Notes: a model not told the origin generated them from the letters alone. Shown: positions 23,719-36,335, counted from the whole stretch's first letter. The stretch: 63,002 nt of DNA, filler included, from Circinaria calcarea (GCA_051942165.1; 40 parts of 40 records of this genome joined end to end with filler, not necessarily neighbours in it); one strand, 5' to 3'. Program-made: numbers and translations.

Positions 23719-23818
23719 NNNNNNNNNNNNNNNNNNNNNNNNNNNNNNNNNNNNNNNNNNNNTTAATTAATTAANNNNNNNNNNNNNNNNNNNNNNNNNN
23801 NNNNNNNNNNNNNNNNNN

Positions 23819-24478
23819 ACCTCAGTCAGTCAACCGGTTGATTTGGTCCTGAGTGATGGTGCTCCAGACGTAACAGGTCTTCATGATCTAGATATCTATA
23901 TACAATCTCAATTGCTCTTCTCTGCCTTGAATCTTGCCTTGAGAGTACTCAAGCCCGGGGGAAAATTTGTAGCCAAGATCTTCCGGGGCAAGGACGTTGA
24001 CCTGATCTACGCACAGCTACGGTGCTTCTTCGCAAAAGTGCATTGTGCAAAGCCCAGAAGTTCTAGAGCGAGTAGCCTTGAAGCTTTTGTGGTGTGCGAA
24101 GGATTCTCCATGCCAAAGGGCTATACGATTGACCTGGACAAGCCAGTCGGACTAGGCGCTGAAATACCAAAGCGTGACAGGTCTCTAGATAGCCTTGAGA
24201 TGAAAGGGGAGTGGATCGATGGGCAAAGGCGGACTGTCAAAGATGATGGAGTGACAGTCTTGGATTTCGAGTCAGATGAAGAGGATGACATCCGATGGAT
24301 TGCCCCTTTCATAGCTTGCGGGGACCTTTCAGCATGGGACGCCGATGCCACATATCATTTGCCAAAGGACAGGGTGAGTCTTGATCCCGTTCAACCTCCA
24401 ACAGCTCCACCATACAAAAGGGCCTTGGAGTTGCGAAGGCAACAAGGAGGGCTGTATGGGAAGACGACGAAGAAATAG
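23819..24478 (+). CDS. TRM7: tRNA (32/34-2'-O)-methyltransferase, FtsJ family, 5'-partial
   Basis: VDLVLSDGAPDVTGLHDLDIY, FVAKIFRG, KPRSSRASSLEAFVVC, PFIACGDLS, PVQPPTAPPYK. Confidence 0.95.
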   Translation, partial: TSVSQPVDLVLSDGAPDVTGLHDLDIYIQSQLLFSALNLALRVLKPGGKFVAKIFRGKDVDLIYAQLRCFFAKVHCAKPRSSRASSLEAFVVCEGFSMPKGYTIDLDKPVGLGAEIPKRDRSLDSLEMKGEWIDGQRRTVKDDGVTVLDFESDEEDDIRWIAPFIACGDLSAWDADATYHLPKDRVSLDPVQPPTAPPYKRALELRRQQGGLYGKTTKK

Positions 24479-24696
24479 AAGGTGGTAGGCGTTGGGAGTC
24501 GGACATAAGCGACATTGCATGTCGTTGTTGAGAGCTTTACCATCGCAGCTATGGGAAAGTTACCAGTCCATTACACTTTCCGAATAACTCAACAAGGCAT
24601 AAATTAGGGAAGCATACCTAAACAGTAGCTACTTTGAAGATCATTCTCAGTATCACAACTCCCACGTCTCCTTGTACCCACAACCACTCCCTTCTA

Positions 24697-25296
24697 CTAC
24701 GCCTTCTTCAAAGGCTTGATGCCTTTGTGTATGGCAGCAATTCCGCCCGTGAGATCTTCCCAACCCTTACCAGGTATTAGAAAGCCCGCTTCTACAATCA
24801 TATCTCTGAACTCTGTCTGACTTGGGAATTTTTCAATGCTTTCAACAAGATACTGGTAGCTACCTCTATCAGCCGCAACAAGCTGGCCAATTAGAGGTAT
24901 TGCACCGAAACTCCATCTCTTATAGATGCTGTTGAAGATGCTATTTTTGACTTTGCTGAATTCAAGACAAGCGAACACTCCACCTGGCTTGAGTACTCTG
25001 AAAGCCTCGTGCAGTGCCTTTTGCTTGTCGGTAAAGTTACGTATTCCAAAAGCAACGGTGTAAAGATCCACGGAGTCACTCTCAATCATGTGTAGCTTCT
25101 CGGGATTAGCTTCTAGGAAGCCCAGGCGTTCACTTCCCGCGTATGCTGTTTCCAAACTCCTCTTACGACCCTCTGCCAGCATTTCAGGGTTGATATCAGA
25201 GACCGTAACGCGGGTTTCATTATCGTTGTTAATTGTGGAAGCGTAGTCTAACATGCGAAACGCGACATCGCCGGTACCCCCCGCAATATCAAGAAT
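24697..25296 (-). CDS. COQ5: Ubiquinone biosynthesis C-methyltransferase, 5'-partial
   Basis: ILDIAGGTGDVAFRM, DINPEML, YTVAFGIRNFT, LKPGGVFACLEFS, YQYLVESI, GIAAIHKG. Confidence 0.95.
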   Translation of the reverse strand: MLDIAGGTGDVAFRMLDYASTINNDNETRVTVSDINPEMLAEGRKRSLETAYAGSERLGFLEANPEKLHMIESDSVDLYTVAFGIRNFTDKQKALHEAFRVLKPGGVFACLEFSKVKNSIFNSIYKRWSFGAIPLIGQLVAADRGSYQYLVESIEKFPSQTEFRDMIVEAGFLIPGKGWEDLTGGIAAIHKGIKPLKKA

Positions 25297-25396
25297 NNNN
25301 NNNNNNNNNNNNNNNNNNNNNNNNNNNNNNNNNNNNNNNNTTAATTAATTAANNNNNNNNNNNNNNNNNNNNNNNNNNNNNNNNNNNNNNNNNNNN

Positions 25397-25660
25397 CACG
25401 CAGCATAGCACACACCATAGTATAGAGTATAGCACGCAGCATAGCATAGCTGGCGGTATAGCATGGAAATGGCACGTAGCATAACACGCAGCATAGCATA
25501 GCACGCAGCATAGCATAGCACGCAGCATAGCATAGCATAAAATAACGCTAAATATAAAGTTATGCGACGCTAAACCTAATACGCCCGAATAGGTTAGAAA
25601 AACTAGGCTCAATAAGGTAAAAAACTAGGCTTAATAAGGTAAAAAACTAGGCTCAATCGA
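25397..25660. repeat. (CACGCAGCATAGCATAG)-type satellite followed by a 21-bp tandem repeat (AAAAACTAGGCTCAATAAGGT, ~3 copies)
   Basis: Direct inspection. Confidence 0.85.
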
Positions 25661-25806
25661 GCCAAAAACTAAACCCTTTTAAGCCAATTTCGAGGCCAGA
25701 GTGAGAACACCGCAGAATTTTGGTTCGGTTCGGAAAATCTCCCGCCGAAGTTAAACCCTTCTATTTCGTTTCACTTCGTTTCAGGGCAATAAATTAGACG
25801 TACGAC

Positions 25807-26168
25807 TGTAAGGGCGCTGCAATCCTTGGGGCCTATTGAGGAATATGATAAGTCCCGATTGGTGATAGCACGGTTATATAGGGTGTCGTTGAACTGTTGC
25901 CCTAGGCTTAATATAAAAGGAGTATATTAAACTCGTTATGATTCTATAAACATGCTATTCTAATAAGTGCGGAATAGCCTATTTATATAGTACTGGTGTT
26001 CCCCAGTGATCCCTCTGCTCCCTGGGATCCTTGGGAGCCACCGGGAGCATAACACGTGACGTGCTCCCACTGCTCCCTGCCAAGTCCTGGGAGCACCCGG
26101 GAGCGCCCGGCTCCTGGTTACTCCGTTCCGGCACTCGGCCTGCCAGGGTATGGCGTCGCGCCATAACA
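25807..26168 (-). mobile_element. Solo LTR, family A (362 bp), 5-bp TSD ACGAC
   Basis: TGTAAGGGCGC...GCGCCATAACA; ACGAC at 25802-25806 and 26169-26173. Confidence 0.93.
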
Positions 26169-27179
26169 ACGACTTTCTTTTTCAACAAAACCTCGGATGA
26201 ATAAGGAGTCCCAGTGTATCGGGATAGATATTACCTAGCGTTCTTGCGCTGTCTCAAGTCCCCGAAACTGTGCTGGATAACGAGATATCTGCTACAGCAT
26301 TTGCCAAAGAGACCTCGAAACTACCAGCATGTTTGAAAGGTACTACTCATTAATCTTACAATGATATGGATTGCCTGGCCAAGTCTAGTTGAAAGTCCCT
26401 CAAGCGGGACCTTATTAAATGATTTGAGCAGGTAAGTATCATCGAAAAGTCTAGGACGACCGACTTTAAGGAGTCGTATCAAAGGCCACGTCCACGTAAG
26501 AAGCACAGCGGCAGAGTATTCATTTTCGTTTTCCAAATTGAACAACAGCTCGCCCTCCTCAGGTTCACCTCAGCTGAGGTTTATGGTTAAGCGCCTCGTT
26601 GAGATTACAACTACATATATTAATTAAAGCGTATAAGCAGAATAACTCTATAAGCTTGGAGGACGTGTTCTCAGGCTCTCAAAGCACTCTTATAGTTCCT
26701 AGACAAAAGTTTGAACGGATATTAAATTATAACTATTTTATATATATTAAAAAATAAATAACTCAATAATATATTATTAAAATAACTTAATATTTTAATA
26801 TATAAATAACGATAATAAAACCTAGTTTTCCACGGTCGCGATATTTTTTTCACGTATAAATACTGGCCTTATATNNNNNNNNNNNNNNNNNNNNNNNNNN
26901 NNNNNNNNNNNNNNNNNNTTAATTAATTAANNNNNNNNNNNNNNNNNNNNNNNNNNNNNNNNNNNNNNNNNNNNAGTCTGTTTATCTATTCGCTACGCTA
27001 CGTGTCCGGAACGCCATCGCTGAAAGATAGATACAGTAGTTCGGTTCGCCCGCGCTCGAATCTGATAGAGGAAGAAAAAAGTACAGTAGGAGAGAAAAGA
27101 AAGGAAAAGAAAAAGAGTTCCAACACCCATCTATACTCCTCTTCTCCCCCTCTCCTCTCTCTAAAACACAACAACTAAT

Positions 27180-28452
27180 CTAACTCGTCTTCACCGCATC
27201 CACTTCCCCCCTCAACCCCTCCAACACCCCTTCCCTTTCCCGTAAATGCCTCTCCAGCCCCTCGACCAACTCCCGGATGCCTCGAATCTCTTCCTGCAGT
27301 CCCCGAAACTCCTTGCCCGTCTCCACTTTCCCTTCCCCCAGCTCCAACTCCCTCGCCTCTCTCCTTTTATAATCGATCAGTTGTTCCAGTTCGCGCTTGA
27401 GGAGGGCGGGTTTGCGATCGTGCGATCGCCGGTCGGCGGACGATCGGGAGTGGGACGAGGGTGAGGGATGTTGGGATTCGACGCGCTCGATTTTGGCCTC
27501 GAGGTCCGCCAGTTGTTTTTTCAGCCGCACTTCTTCCCAGTCCGGCGTCGTGGTTTTCGCCGAGGAGAAATCGGTTCCCGAGGGCGTGTAGGAGCTTTTC
27601 CCACCGACGCCCAGGCGACTGAGGTAGGTATCGCCGAATTTGGCTTTGCGCCCGGACGGCGTATCCGCGTCGCCGTTGCGTTGGCCGGAAGAAGGGGTTT
27701 GGACACGGTCGACGCGGTAGTCGATCTTGCCGCGTTCAAAGCTGGCGCGGAGACTGGCGGGGACGCTACGGGGGATGCGGTAGCCTTCGTGACGATTATT
27801 GAGGATGTGGAGGAAGGCGAGGATGGCGTCTTTACCGATGGAGGGTGAGGAGGACGGGTTGACGAGGTTCCAGGCTGAGTGGATGTCGGTGTCTGGGACG
27901 TCGAGGGAGGCGTAAAGGGGCTCGAGGGATTGGAAGGAGATTTCGCCTCGGGAGTCGCGGTTGGCCGTGTAGATTTCCGAGTATTTGGATTTGTCGGCGG
28001 GGGACATGTACCAATCGAAGCCGTCTTTTAAACCCGGGGTATCGTCGTCCGAGGTAGAGGTATCGATGTGTTCAAAGGAGGGTTGGGAGCCGGTCAGAGC
28101 GCGATTGGCTTGGACGAGATGGGCTTTTGATTCGGGGATTAGCCAGTCGGGGAGGGAGGAGGGGACGTCGGTATATTCCTGCAATGAGTCAAGGTTAGCA
28201 GGAAGGCTCTAGTTCTTCTAGTTATATTGCTTGATAGCACTTCGTTGCTCGAAAATATTCTTTCCGGCCCTTGAATGGTGGAACCTCACCCCATTAACCA
28301 AATCGAAAATCAGCCTCATGGCCACGCAAAACTCCTCAAAATCCAGATTGCCATCATTGTCCACATCGGCCAGATCCCAGACCTTGGCCAACTGATCTTC
28401 CGAGAGTTGGCTGTTCTTGAGAACCGTAGCTGCTTGCGCCCCGTTCAGGTGC
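27180..28452 (-). CDS. END3: EH-domain endocytosis protein End3/SagA, 5'-partial; intron 28179-28289
   Basis: EF/EH motif [61 protein letters not shown] coiled coil. Confidence 0.92.
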
Positions 28453-28552
28453 NNNNNNNNNNNNNNNNNNNNNNNNNNNNNNNNNNNNNNNNNNNNTTAA
28501 TTAATTAANNNNNNNNNNNNNNNNNNNNNNNNNNNNNNNNNNNNNNNNNNNN

Positions 28553-29414
28553 GGTTATTATTTAATAATTTAGATATAATAAGCATATTTAAATATGCTT
28601 TTTAAAATATTTTTTAACCTGCCTGATAACGCGCATTTTATTAAAAGAATATTATTTCTAGATTCGAGAAAACCGGCGTATTTCTATATAAACTGAGCCT
28701 TATTCTCGATAAAATTATTAAAAAACAGCTAATTGAGGCTTCTATATTATTAAAAACACTAATCAGCTACCGTATTATTCGTCGTTTATATCGCGTATAT
28801 AAATTTAAGCCAAAAGATATATTGTTAATCAATGGATGTGATACAGGGTGGAATAGGCTGTATTGGCTATGGTAACTACCACGCTATGTGTATGGACTTC
28901 ACTATGGAATTACATGGCAGAAGGCTCTGCCATATGTGCGTTCGGTGGATAGTTCAACCGCTCCGAATACTAGTTCCTCCACGCAGTGTAGAACCCCTAT
29001 TCTTGACATCTTATAATATAAGAAGACAATGCACCGTGTTATATTAATAAATAGAATATACGCGAAATTCGAGATTGGGGCGTAGAACGTATCAACGATT
29101 GGCCGTTTAATTTATCTGATCTGAATTATATAGAGTAAGTATAGGGGTGGCAGCGTTGTTATCTAACGAAAAATCATATATATGATGCGCATGATATGGA
29201 TAAAACTAAAGTATTTTGGAAACAGGCATGGGAGGAAGATTTAGGGGTAGAACGAATAAATCGGTGAATTAAGCGTATGCCTTCGCTTCTTGAAAAGATT
29301 ATAGAACACGAAGGAGATAATGACTTTTATGGCTGATAATTATATCTATTTCATATAGAAAAATATATGGTGCGTTGATATTCGTAGTAGAATTCCATGA
29401 TGTATACCCCACTG
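28553..29414 (+). pseudogene. RIP-inactivated Tc1/mariner (impala-like) transposase with 3' TIR
   Basis: EDNAP, DWPFNLSDLNYIE*V* (degenerate WPxNSPDLNxIExxW), AWE...MPSLLEKIIEHEGDN. The element ends ...TACCCCACTG (reverse complement CAGTGGGGTA). Confidence 0.85.
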
Positions 29415-29811
29415 TGATTTTTAGCGAGGGCGTCCGGAGACTAAAAACGCGCCCTATTGTACGAAAGACAAGATTCCTCCCGCCTCACCTCGCACCTCCG
29501 AGACGGAGACGGAGACGGAGATCAATGGCTTCAGCGGTTACAAACCGATGTCTCGGTCATCGTACTGCAGATATCGCATCGCATTCGAGCTCGTCTCCCA
29601 GGCTTCTAGTGCTGTGATGATCAATGATGATGATGATATGATGCCAACAACCACTTTATGAAGCTGACGTCAAGTATCATGGCCGATCGAAGATCTCATA
29701 TGTCTACATGTATATTCGAATCGAGATTTCTCTTCTCCTCGAGACTTTTTCATATTGCTTAGCTTCCGCCTTAGGAATCTGACCTTGTCAACAAACTCTA
29801 CACGCCTCAGG

Positions 29812-30030
29812 ATGGCTCAAACAATCTTGCAGACTGGCTTGTCTGCCGGCATGTCGGCCACCGCCGGCATACACTCTTCGAAGCCCAACCGAGTCGATCC
29901 GAACTTTGACGGTCTGATCAATGTCCTTCCTCAATCAATCGTGCCCGACGGTCACAGCCGAGTCAAAATGCGCGCCGCCAGCGGTGACATCGAAGTTCCC
30001 TATATGTGCATAGGAGCCTGGCCTTGGGGA
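29812..30030 (+). CDS. Aldo/keto reductase family protein, 5' end
   Basis: EVPYMCIGAWPWG resembles the AKR N-terminal GxWxWG motif. Confidence 0.65.
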
Positions 30031-32658
30031 NNNNNNNNNNNNNNNNNNNNNNNNNNNNNNNNNNNNNNNNNNNNTTAATTAATTAANNNNNNNNNNNNNN
30101 NNNNNNNNNNNNNNNNNNNNNNNNNNNNNNCCCTTGGGGATTCGAAATCGACCCCATCGATTAACTTTTTTGGGAAACATGCACGGGATAATGGGGGGAG
30201 AAATGGAGACGGGGATGGAAGGGAATAAAGAGCAGTAGTGGTTGTTCAGCTCTGAGTTTGGTTATGAATAGATAAATGGTCCGTTTGCGATGGAATAAAA
30301 AGGTCGAAGTTTGGGACTTTGGACCCGGTAATAAGTGGGAAAATAAGAAAGTTTGATCCCGTCAGAACAACCATCCCTGCAGGGGGGGTTTGGAATTAAC
30401 CATCATCTCATGGGCAATTCTAGTCATTTTCTCTCTTCGCTTTTTTTATATAAAAAAGAAAAAGAAAACCCCCAAGGTTAAATATAGGTAGAGTACCGGT
30501 TTCACCATAACCAATTGAACCAAACTATGTCCCGCTTCAAAGCTTCTCCTCCAATTTAACCCTGGGTCATTGTATTTTTTTTTTTGAAAAAAAGAAAAGG
30601 GGGGGGGAGGGGGAATCAGTAAGGGGAAGAAGAGTATTCTAAAGGCCCCCGCCCCGGGCAATTTCTCAGGTCATGTGTGGCGCCCCCCCAAACCATAAAA
30701 ACAAAAAAAAAAAACAAAAAAAAGACGTTCCCCCTATATCACACGGGCGACGAGTCCCTAGGCCGTCATGTCATCCCCCCCCACCCCGGGATCAAGATAA
30801 ATTACAGTGCAGTAGAATAGAATACAAAGCCCCCACCCATCATACACACACTTCTCTCTCCTTTCCCCCCCCCTTTCCCCTTCCCCAGGAGCATGCTCTT
30901 TCCCGCAGAGAGGTTCCAGCCAAGTAAGTTATATAAAGGGGGGAGGGGGGTTTAAGAAAAAAAGCTGGGTGAATCGAATTCCCCTTGATCCTTATCTTCC
31001 CCGGCCGCCGCGGCCCCTTCTGATAAACAAGGTCATTCGATCCCTATCGATATTATACCATACCATCCCATACCATTCTATCCTGTCCTCTCCATCTATC
31101 TACTCCCCCCGTCTCCGCCTACGGTTCACTAAACACCGAACACCAAATACCGAACACCGAATACCGAAGCTGTAGAAAGCCTGATAATCTGTAATCTGTG
31201 AATCTATGATCTGGGAAAAGGAAGGGGGAAAAGAAAAGAAAAGAAAGAAGAGATTAGGATAAAAAAGAATATATGTAAAAACGCAACGCACCGCACCGCA
31301 ACCGGAACGGGGATCCCCGGGGGGGGGTCGAACTATATATATATATCCAGTTCTTGTCTTGTCTTTCCTTTCCTTTCCTTTCCTTTTCTACTTTTCTTTT
31401 CTTAAAATTAAAATTTACGATACCATACAGGGGCCGGCCGGCCGCTACTCAGTAGTAGTCCTTGGACTAAACTATAATAAAAGAAAAACAGAACAGAACA
31501 GAACAGTCCAAGTCCAGGATCTCTACCATGCACATTTGTGTTTATTCCCAACTTACATTAATAACTAAAATAGATTGGTAGGTAGGTAGGTTGAATAAAT
31601 AAATAAANNNNNNNNNNNNNNNNNNNNNNNNNNNNNNNNNNNNNNNNNNNNTTAATTAATTAANNNNNNNNNNNNNNNNNNNNNNNNNNNNNNNNNNNNN
31701 NNNNNNNGAAATAGATAGGGTGGTAGTATATTCCCCCCACCCCACGGGGCTGAGGTAGGGAGCTGGGAGTAGGGAATAAGTAGGGAATAAGTAGAGAGAG
31801 AGTAGAGAGGGAGTAAGACAGTTTAACCCAAAAACCAGAAACCAAAAACCAAAAACCAAAAATCAAAGAGGAAGGGAAATGGGAAATGGGAAATGAAAAG
31901 TAAAAAACGAGGGAGGTGGAATGATTTGAGGTCTTCTGTTGTTTGGTATTTCCATTTCCATACATACGGATTAGGGATGCACAGGGGAATGAAATGAAAA
32001 GAAATGAGTCACGGCCAATGGATTTCGTTCCAGTATAGTTTGATACGGAAGGGTCGAATGAACAAGTCACGGGGAGTGAGTGGGTGTACCAAGTGATGAT
32101 GGGAATTGGTAATACAAGTAAAGTAGCCTCTCCACTCCGTCTATTCATACATACGCCCATCAATCTATGCATACGCCCATCCATCTACACACATGCCAAA
32201 GTCCACCTCGAAGCCCAATTTCCGTCTCCCAATTCCCAAGGCACATCCCAGTTTTGGCATCGCTACAAAGCTCCCAGCAAAATAAGCACCCCCGTGGTAT
32301 CATCGCAGCGCTAAATTCAAAAAGTTTCGGAAAAATCCTCCGGCCCCATGTCCATGTTGAACCCAGATATGAACAGTAAGAAAGGAATCATTAATCGTCG
32401 TAAATGCTCCAGCGCGGTTATCTCTGTAAATGCCAGAAGGAGAACATAAAGATACAGTATCTTGGTTTGGTTAATAAAGAGCCAGCGCCCGTTAATAGGT
32501 AAAAAAGAGGATATTTGTACAAGCGGAGGTATGGCGACTGCTGGTGGGATACGGTGAGGCAGATCCGCGAGCTCAGTGACATTTTGTCCGGATTTATCAG
32601 GAAATATGAAGCATTTTCAGTGTTCCTGTGAGAATTCCGAGGTGTTGATTTGAGAATG

Positions 32659-33183
32659 TTACCTTGGAATCGCAGTCGATGGTGCAGATATCGTCTCGGT
32701 CAGTCGCGGTAGGTCAAGGAGACCGCCGAGATCCTGGAGTAGGACTTGACTACCTCTGCGACTACCCCTGGGAGATCGTTGCCTTAGGTTTGAACTGCCC
32801 GAAGGCGGTTCGGAGAGAAAGGTTGTCATTGAGAGCGATGTTGTCGCTTTCGATTGCGTAGGTATCCCCGTTGTAGGCGCCGACACAGATGCGGAGCTTG
32901 CTCTTCGTGGCGGGTCAGTTACAAGTAGACCCCCAACGTCGAAAAATGACATTCCACGCGGGCTAAGAGCCTCATTTGGGCTGGGTGAATTCGAATCGCC
33001 CATTTCATGAAGTTGAAAATCCATTTCGTCCATTTCGCTGCCATCGCGTCCTGGAAATGTCATACTCGAAGCACCGGGGGCGACTTCTTTCGATGGCGAG
33101 GCCAAAGAGAGCACAGCAGGTGCGGGACGAGCGACACTCGATCTATCGGCAGCGAATTCCGGACCCAATCGCATTCCCAGGTT
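32659..33183 (-). CDS. 3' part of a hypothetical Ser-rich protein
   Basis: Long open frame from the contig end to TAA; no family recognised. Confidence 0.6.
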   Translation of the reverse strand, partial: NLGMRLGPEFAADRSSVARPAPAVLSLASPSKEVAPGASSMTFPGRDGSEMDEMDFQLHEMGDSNSPSPNEALSPRGMSFFDVGGLLVTDPPRRASSASVSAPTTGIPTQSKATTSLSMTTFLSEPPSGSSNLRQRSPRGSRRGSQVLLQDLGGLLDLPRLTETISAPSTAIPR

Positions 33184-33283
33184 NNNNNNNNNNNNNNNNN
33201 NNNNNNNNNNNNNNNNNNNNNNNNNNNTTAATTAATTAANNNNNNNNNNNNNNNNNNNNNNNNNNNNNNNNNNNNNNNNNNNN

Positions 33284-33504
33284 GTTTAGAATTAGAGGTA
33301 TATAATTAATTCTAATGCGGAATTCCGGGCTCATAACCTGTCAAAGTTATATGGTTGAACGCTTGATTACTTGCTATATAGAGGGAGGCCGAAGGCCTCA
33401 CTATATACACCGGAGTCGCTAGCGCGACTCCCCTGTCTGCCACACTAAGCAGTGGCTGGCAGGGCCCTGCTAGGGCCCTGGCTTAGCGTGCTTGATTTCT
33501 GACA
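33284..33504 (-). mobile_element. Probable LTR fragment (terminus TGTCAGAAATC) with clustered GC-rich palindromes
   Basis: Ends in TGACA on the + strand. Hairpins GAGGCCGAAGGCCTC, GGAGTCGCTAGCGCGACTCC, CAGGGCCCTGCTAGGGCCCTG. Single copy in this window. Confidence 0.45.
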
Positions 33505-33965
33505 AGTTTCTTTTCTATGCATGCGCCCCGCCGTAACTCCAATGACAGCTCACTTCCGTTTCCAGTCTAGCTTCTCGTGGCCTCCACCGCAGGGGCGTAT
33601 CAAGCTACGGTGATTAGGGTGTACGGGTCGGTGGGCAGGCACCTAGGATATCCATCCATACAGTTGTGGACTCTAGTAAGATGGTATACCAATTTTGATT
33701 TAATTAAAGCGTAGCGACATGTAAGAATACTTTCATGGCTAACAATGCCGTGAAGAATTCCACGACATCCTATCTCTGAATGAAAAACCGAAAATATTCC
33801 AACTAGGTCAGCCGCAAGGGGGGCGAGGAAGGGTATATCCAAACACCGGGTGTCAGTCTCGAGGGGAAATCCAAATAAAAAGACCAAAATTGCCACCCCC
33901 TTGCGCCCCATTCACCCCAATTCACCGAGCAACCCTTATGACAAACGAAACAAAGAATATTCAAT

Positions 33966-34759
33966 CTATGATTGCGGATTCGGTCCAAAAGGTTCCTCTT
34001 GATTCTCCGTTTTCAAGAGGATCGCACTTCCATCCCCCGTGCTATCATCATCCTTGATGTATCGTGCGAGACTATAGTGGGGACTCTCTGCATCCTGATC
34101 GTACGAGGTCTTCCGCAAAAGAGGCGGCGTTGCAGGTCGATCCTGCTGGCCTGGAGGCTTATCCTCGTCCTGACGTGAGAAGCTTTGCCGCGGAGTCGAG
34201 TATCCCTGCAGTGGCCTATGTCCGAATGATGCAGGTCTCGAGGCTATGCTTGTGTTCGGAGGTTGTGGGGTTTGTCGCATACTTGTACTCGGCGGCGTCA
34301 AGAGCCCCGAAAGGAACCCTTGAGTTGATAGTGATGATTTTGACGGGGTCTGGCTAGTGCCGCCATTGGTAAGTTCAGATAGGCCGCCAAACGGAGTCTG
34401 CCCCCTCCGCCAATTACCCCAGGCAGCGGCAGCGGCAAGTGGAAGGGCTCGTGGAGATGCTGTAAGGTTTGATATGCTCGAAAGAGAAGGGAACGTCTGA
34501 CCGCCCGCTATTGCCCTTTCCTTCTCTTGTTGCTCCATCTGTAGATTAGCTTGAAGTCTGATAGCTGTGTCCTTGACAGCCTCACGATCGAAAGAAGGCT
34601 GCGATATAGTAGCAATTAAATCCTGCAAGTCGTCAATGCGGACTCCTAAAAGTTCTCGAAGCCACGTTATTTCGATACCCCGCTCTTTCACCTTGTTCGG
34701 CGCGTCTTTGTCCACTTTAGCCAGCTCTTGTTCAAGCTTCTCTATGCGACCTTCACGTT
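33966..34759 (-). CDS. Coiled-coil protein with Ser/Pro-rich tail, 3' part
   Basis: Long ORF; EITWLRELLGVRIDDLQDLI..AVKDTAIRLQANLQMEQQEKERA looks like a conserved helical block; function unknown. Confidence 0.75.
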
Positions 34760-34859
34760 NNNNNNNNNNNNNNNNNNNNNNNNNNNNNNNNNNNNNNNNN
34801 NNNTTAATTAATTAANNNNNNNNNNNNNNNNNNNNNNNNNNNNNNNNNNNNNNNNNNNN

Positions 34860-35284
34860 CGCTCCGCTTAGCAATCCGCGCCCAGCATTTCCGAAGGTGG
34901 GAGATCCCTCGGGACTCGTATCCAATGACCAAGCCAGGTTATCACGCATGGCGGACCTACCTCAAGAAACGGCAAGCGGAAATGGCGTCTCAGATCTGCC
35001 TGGACTGTGGTTATGGCGAGGAAGATGCAGAAAGGGTGGCGTCCATGATACGGAAAGACAATTTCAAGAAGGACGAGGAGACGCAGATACTGGAGGATGT
35101 GGCCTGCTTGGTGTTCTTGGACGATCAGTTCGAGGAGTTTGAGAAAGAACATGATGAAGAGAAGATTGTGACGATACTGAAAAAGACGTGGGGAAAGATG
35201 TCAGAGAAAGGGCATGAGCTTGCTCTAGAAATATCGATGTCTGATCGGGCAAAGAATTTAGTCACTAAGGCATTGTCAACTTGA
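34860..35284 (+). CDS. DUF4202 family protein, 5'-partial
   Basis: AQHFRRWEIPRDSYPM, GYHAWR, QILEDVACLVFL, ILKKTWGKMS. Confidence 0.85.
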
Positions 35285-35600
35285 CCGTTACTTCGGGAAG
35301 GGTGTTCACGATAGAAATGGGGTGCGGGCGGCTTTCTTTAAGCTAGTTCTATGGAATTGAGCCAATTCGCATGGATAGCTATACCCTTAGTACATACAAG
35401 GTGTAAGGAGTATCAAAGCAAGATCCAACTCCTCCTTTAGCCTAAGGCTTTGCTAGTACATCTCTTTACCGCAGACTGGATTGCGAGACCACGCTCAAAG
35501 TTGTCAGAATGATCGGAGACACGACAGCAGTCCTTTTCATTCATCGTCGGTACGTAACATCAGGCGTGTGCCTCCGCAATTGCGGTCGATTAAGATTCGA

Positions 35601-36335
35601 TCATTCCAAAATGGAGTGGACGCCCCGAACGATCAGGACGGAACAACCGGCAGCTACTCCTCCGACGCACACCATCTGTAAAGCTCCCGACAGGCCTCTG
35701 CGGATGTTACGTTTTCCTCGCCATCCACTCACGATCCCGCTCTTGACCCAACCAAAGATGAAAAGAGCGAAGGCCATGACTCCAACGCTCCACCAGAGAC
35801 CTAGCAGAATGTTCTCCTTTGGGACAGCGAAGTACGGTATAAGAGGTACGAGGCCACCTAGGAAGTAGCTTCCTCCAATAGTGATTGCCGAAACCAACGG
35901 TCTGGACCCTTCAGGTTTTGGACTCTGATGGTAGAATCTGATCAAAAAGTCTAAGAGATCGGTCGGCGATTTATGCAAAGCTTCAGAAACCACAACAACC
36001 GATTCCTTTGGGATTCCATAAGGGGTGAAGACTTTATCGATCATCGAGTGTGTCTCAGTTGGAGAGCCTTGGATTAGGCTTGTTGTCGACGTGACGGTAG
36101 CCTGATACGATTCCCTGTTGCATGTTAGCCCAGAATAAATACCAAGCATGGCCAGAAACACTTACGCTTCGCTTTTTGCGCCAAAGTATCCTCCGAGTCC
36201 CATAGCTATCATACCAGCAAGCAGCTCTGCGAGACCTCCTAAAATGACAACTTTGGTGCTACCTAGTGAAGACAGTCCTGCGGTCAGGGCGAACGGGACA
36301 GTCAATCCATCTGCAAGTCCTATGGTGGCGTCCGA
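35601..36335 (-). CDS. CCC1: Vacuolar Fe/Mn transporter, VIT1/CCC1 family, 5'-partial; intron 36115-36165
   Basis: DATIGLADGLTVPFALTAGLSSLG, GGLAELLAGMIAMGLGGY, SAITIGGSYFLGGLVPLIPY. Confidence 0.92.

Noticed and set aside
25960..26188. ORFs within LTR family A (also 51329-51718)
   Set aside because: They share peptide text only because the LTR is repeated, and the frames are not kept across copies.
27246..28212. Plus-strand ORFs overlapping END3 (and similar antisense ORFs over ADH, CCC1 and the PTH11-like genes)
   Set aside because: These are shadow ORFs of GC-rich coding sequence.
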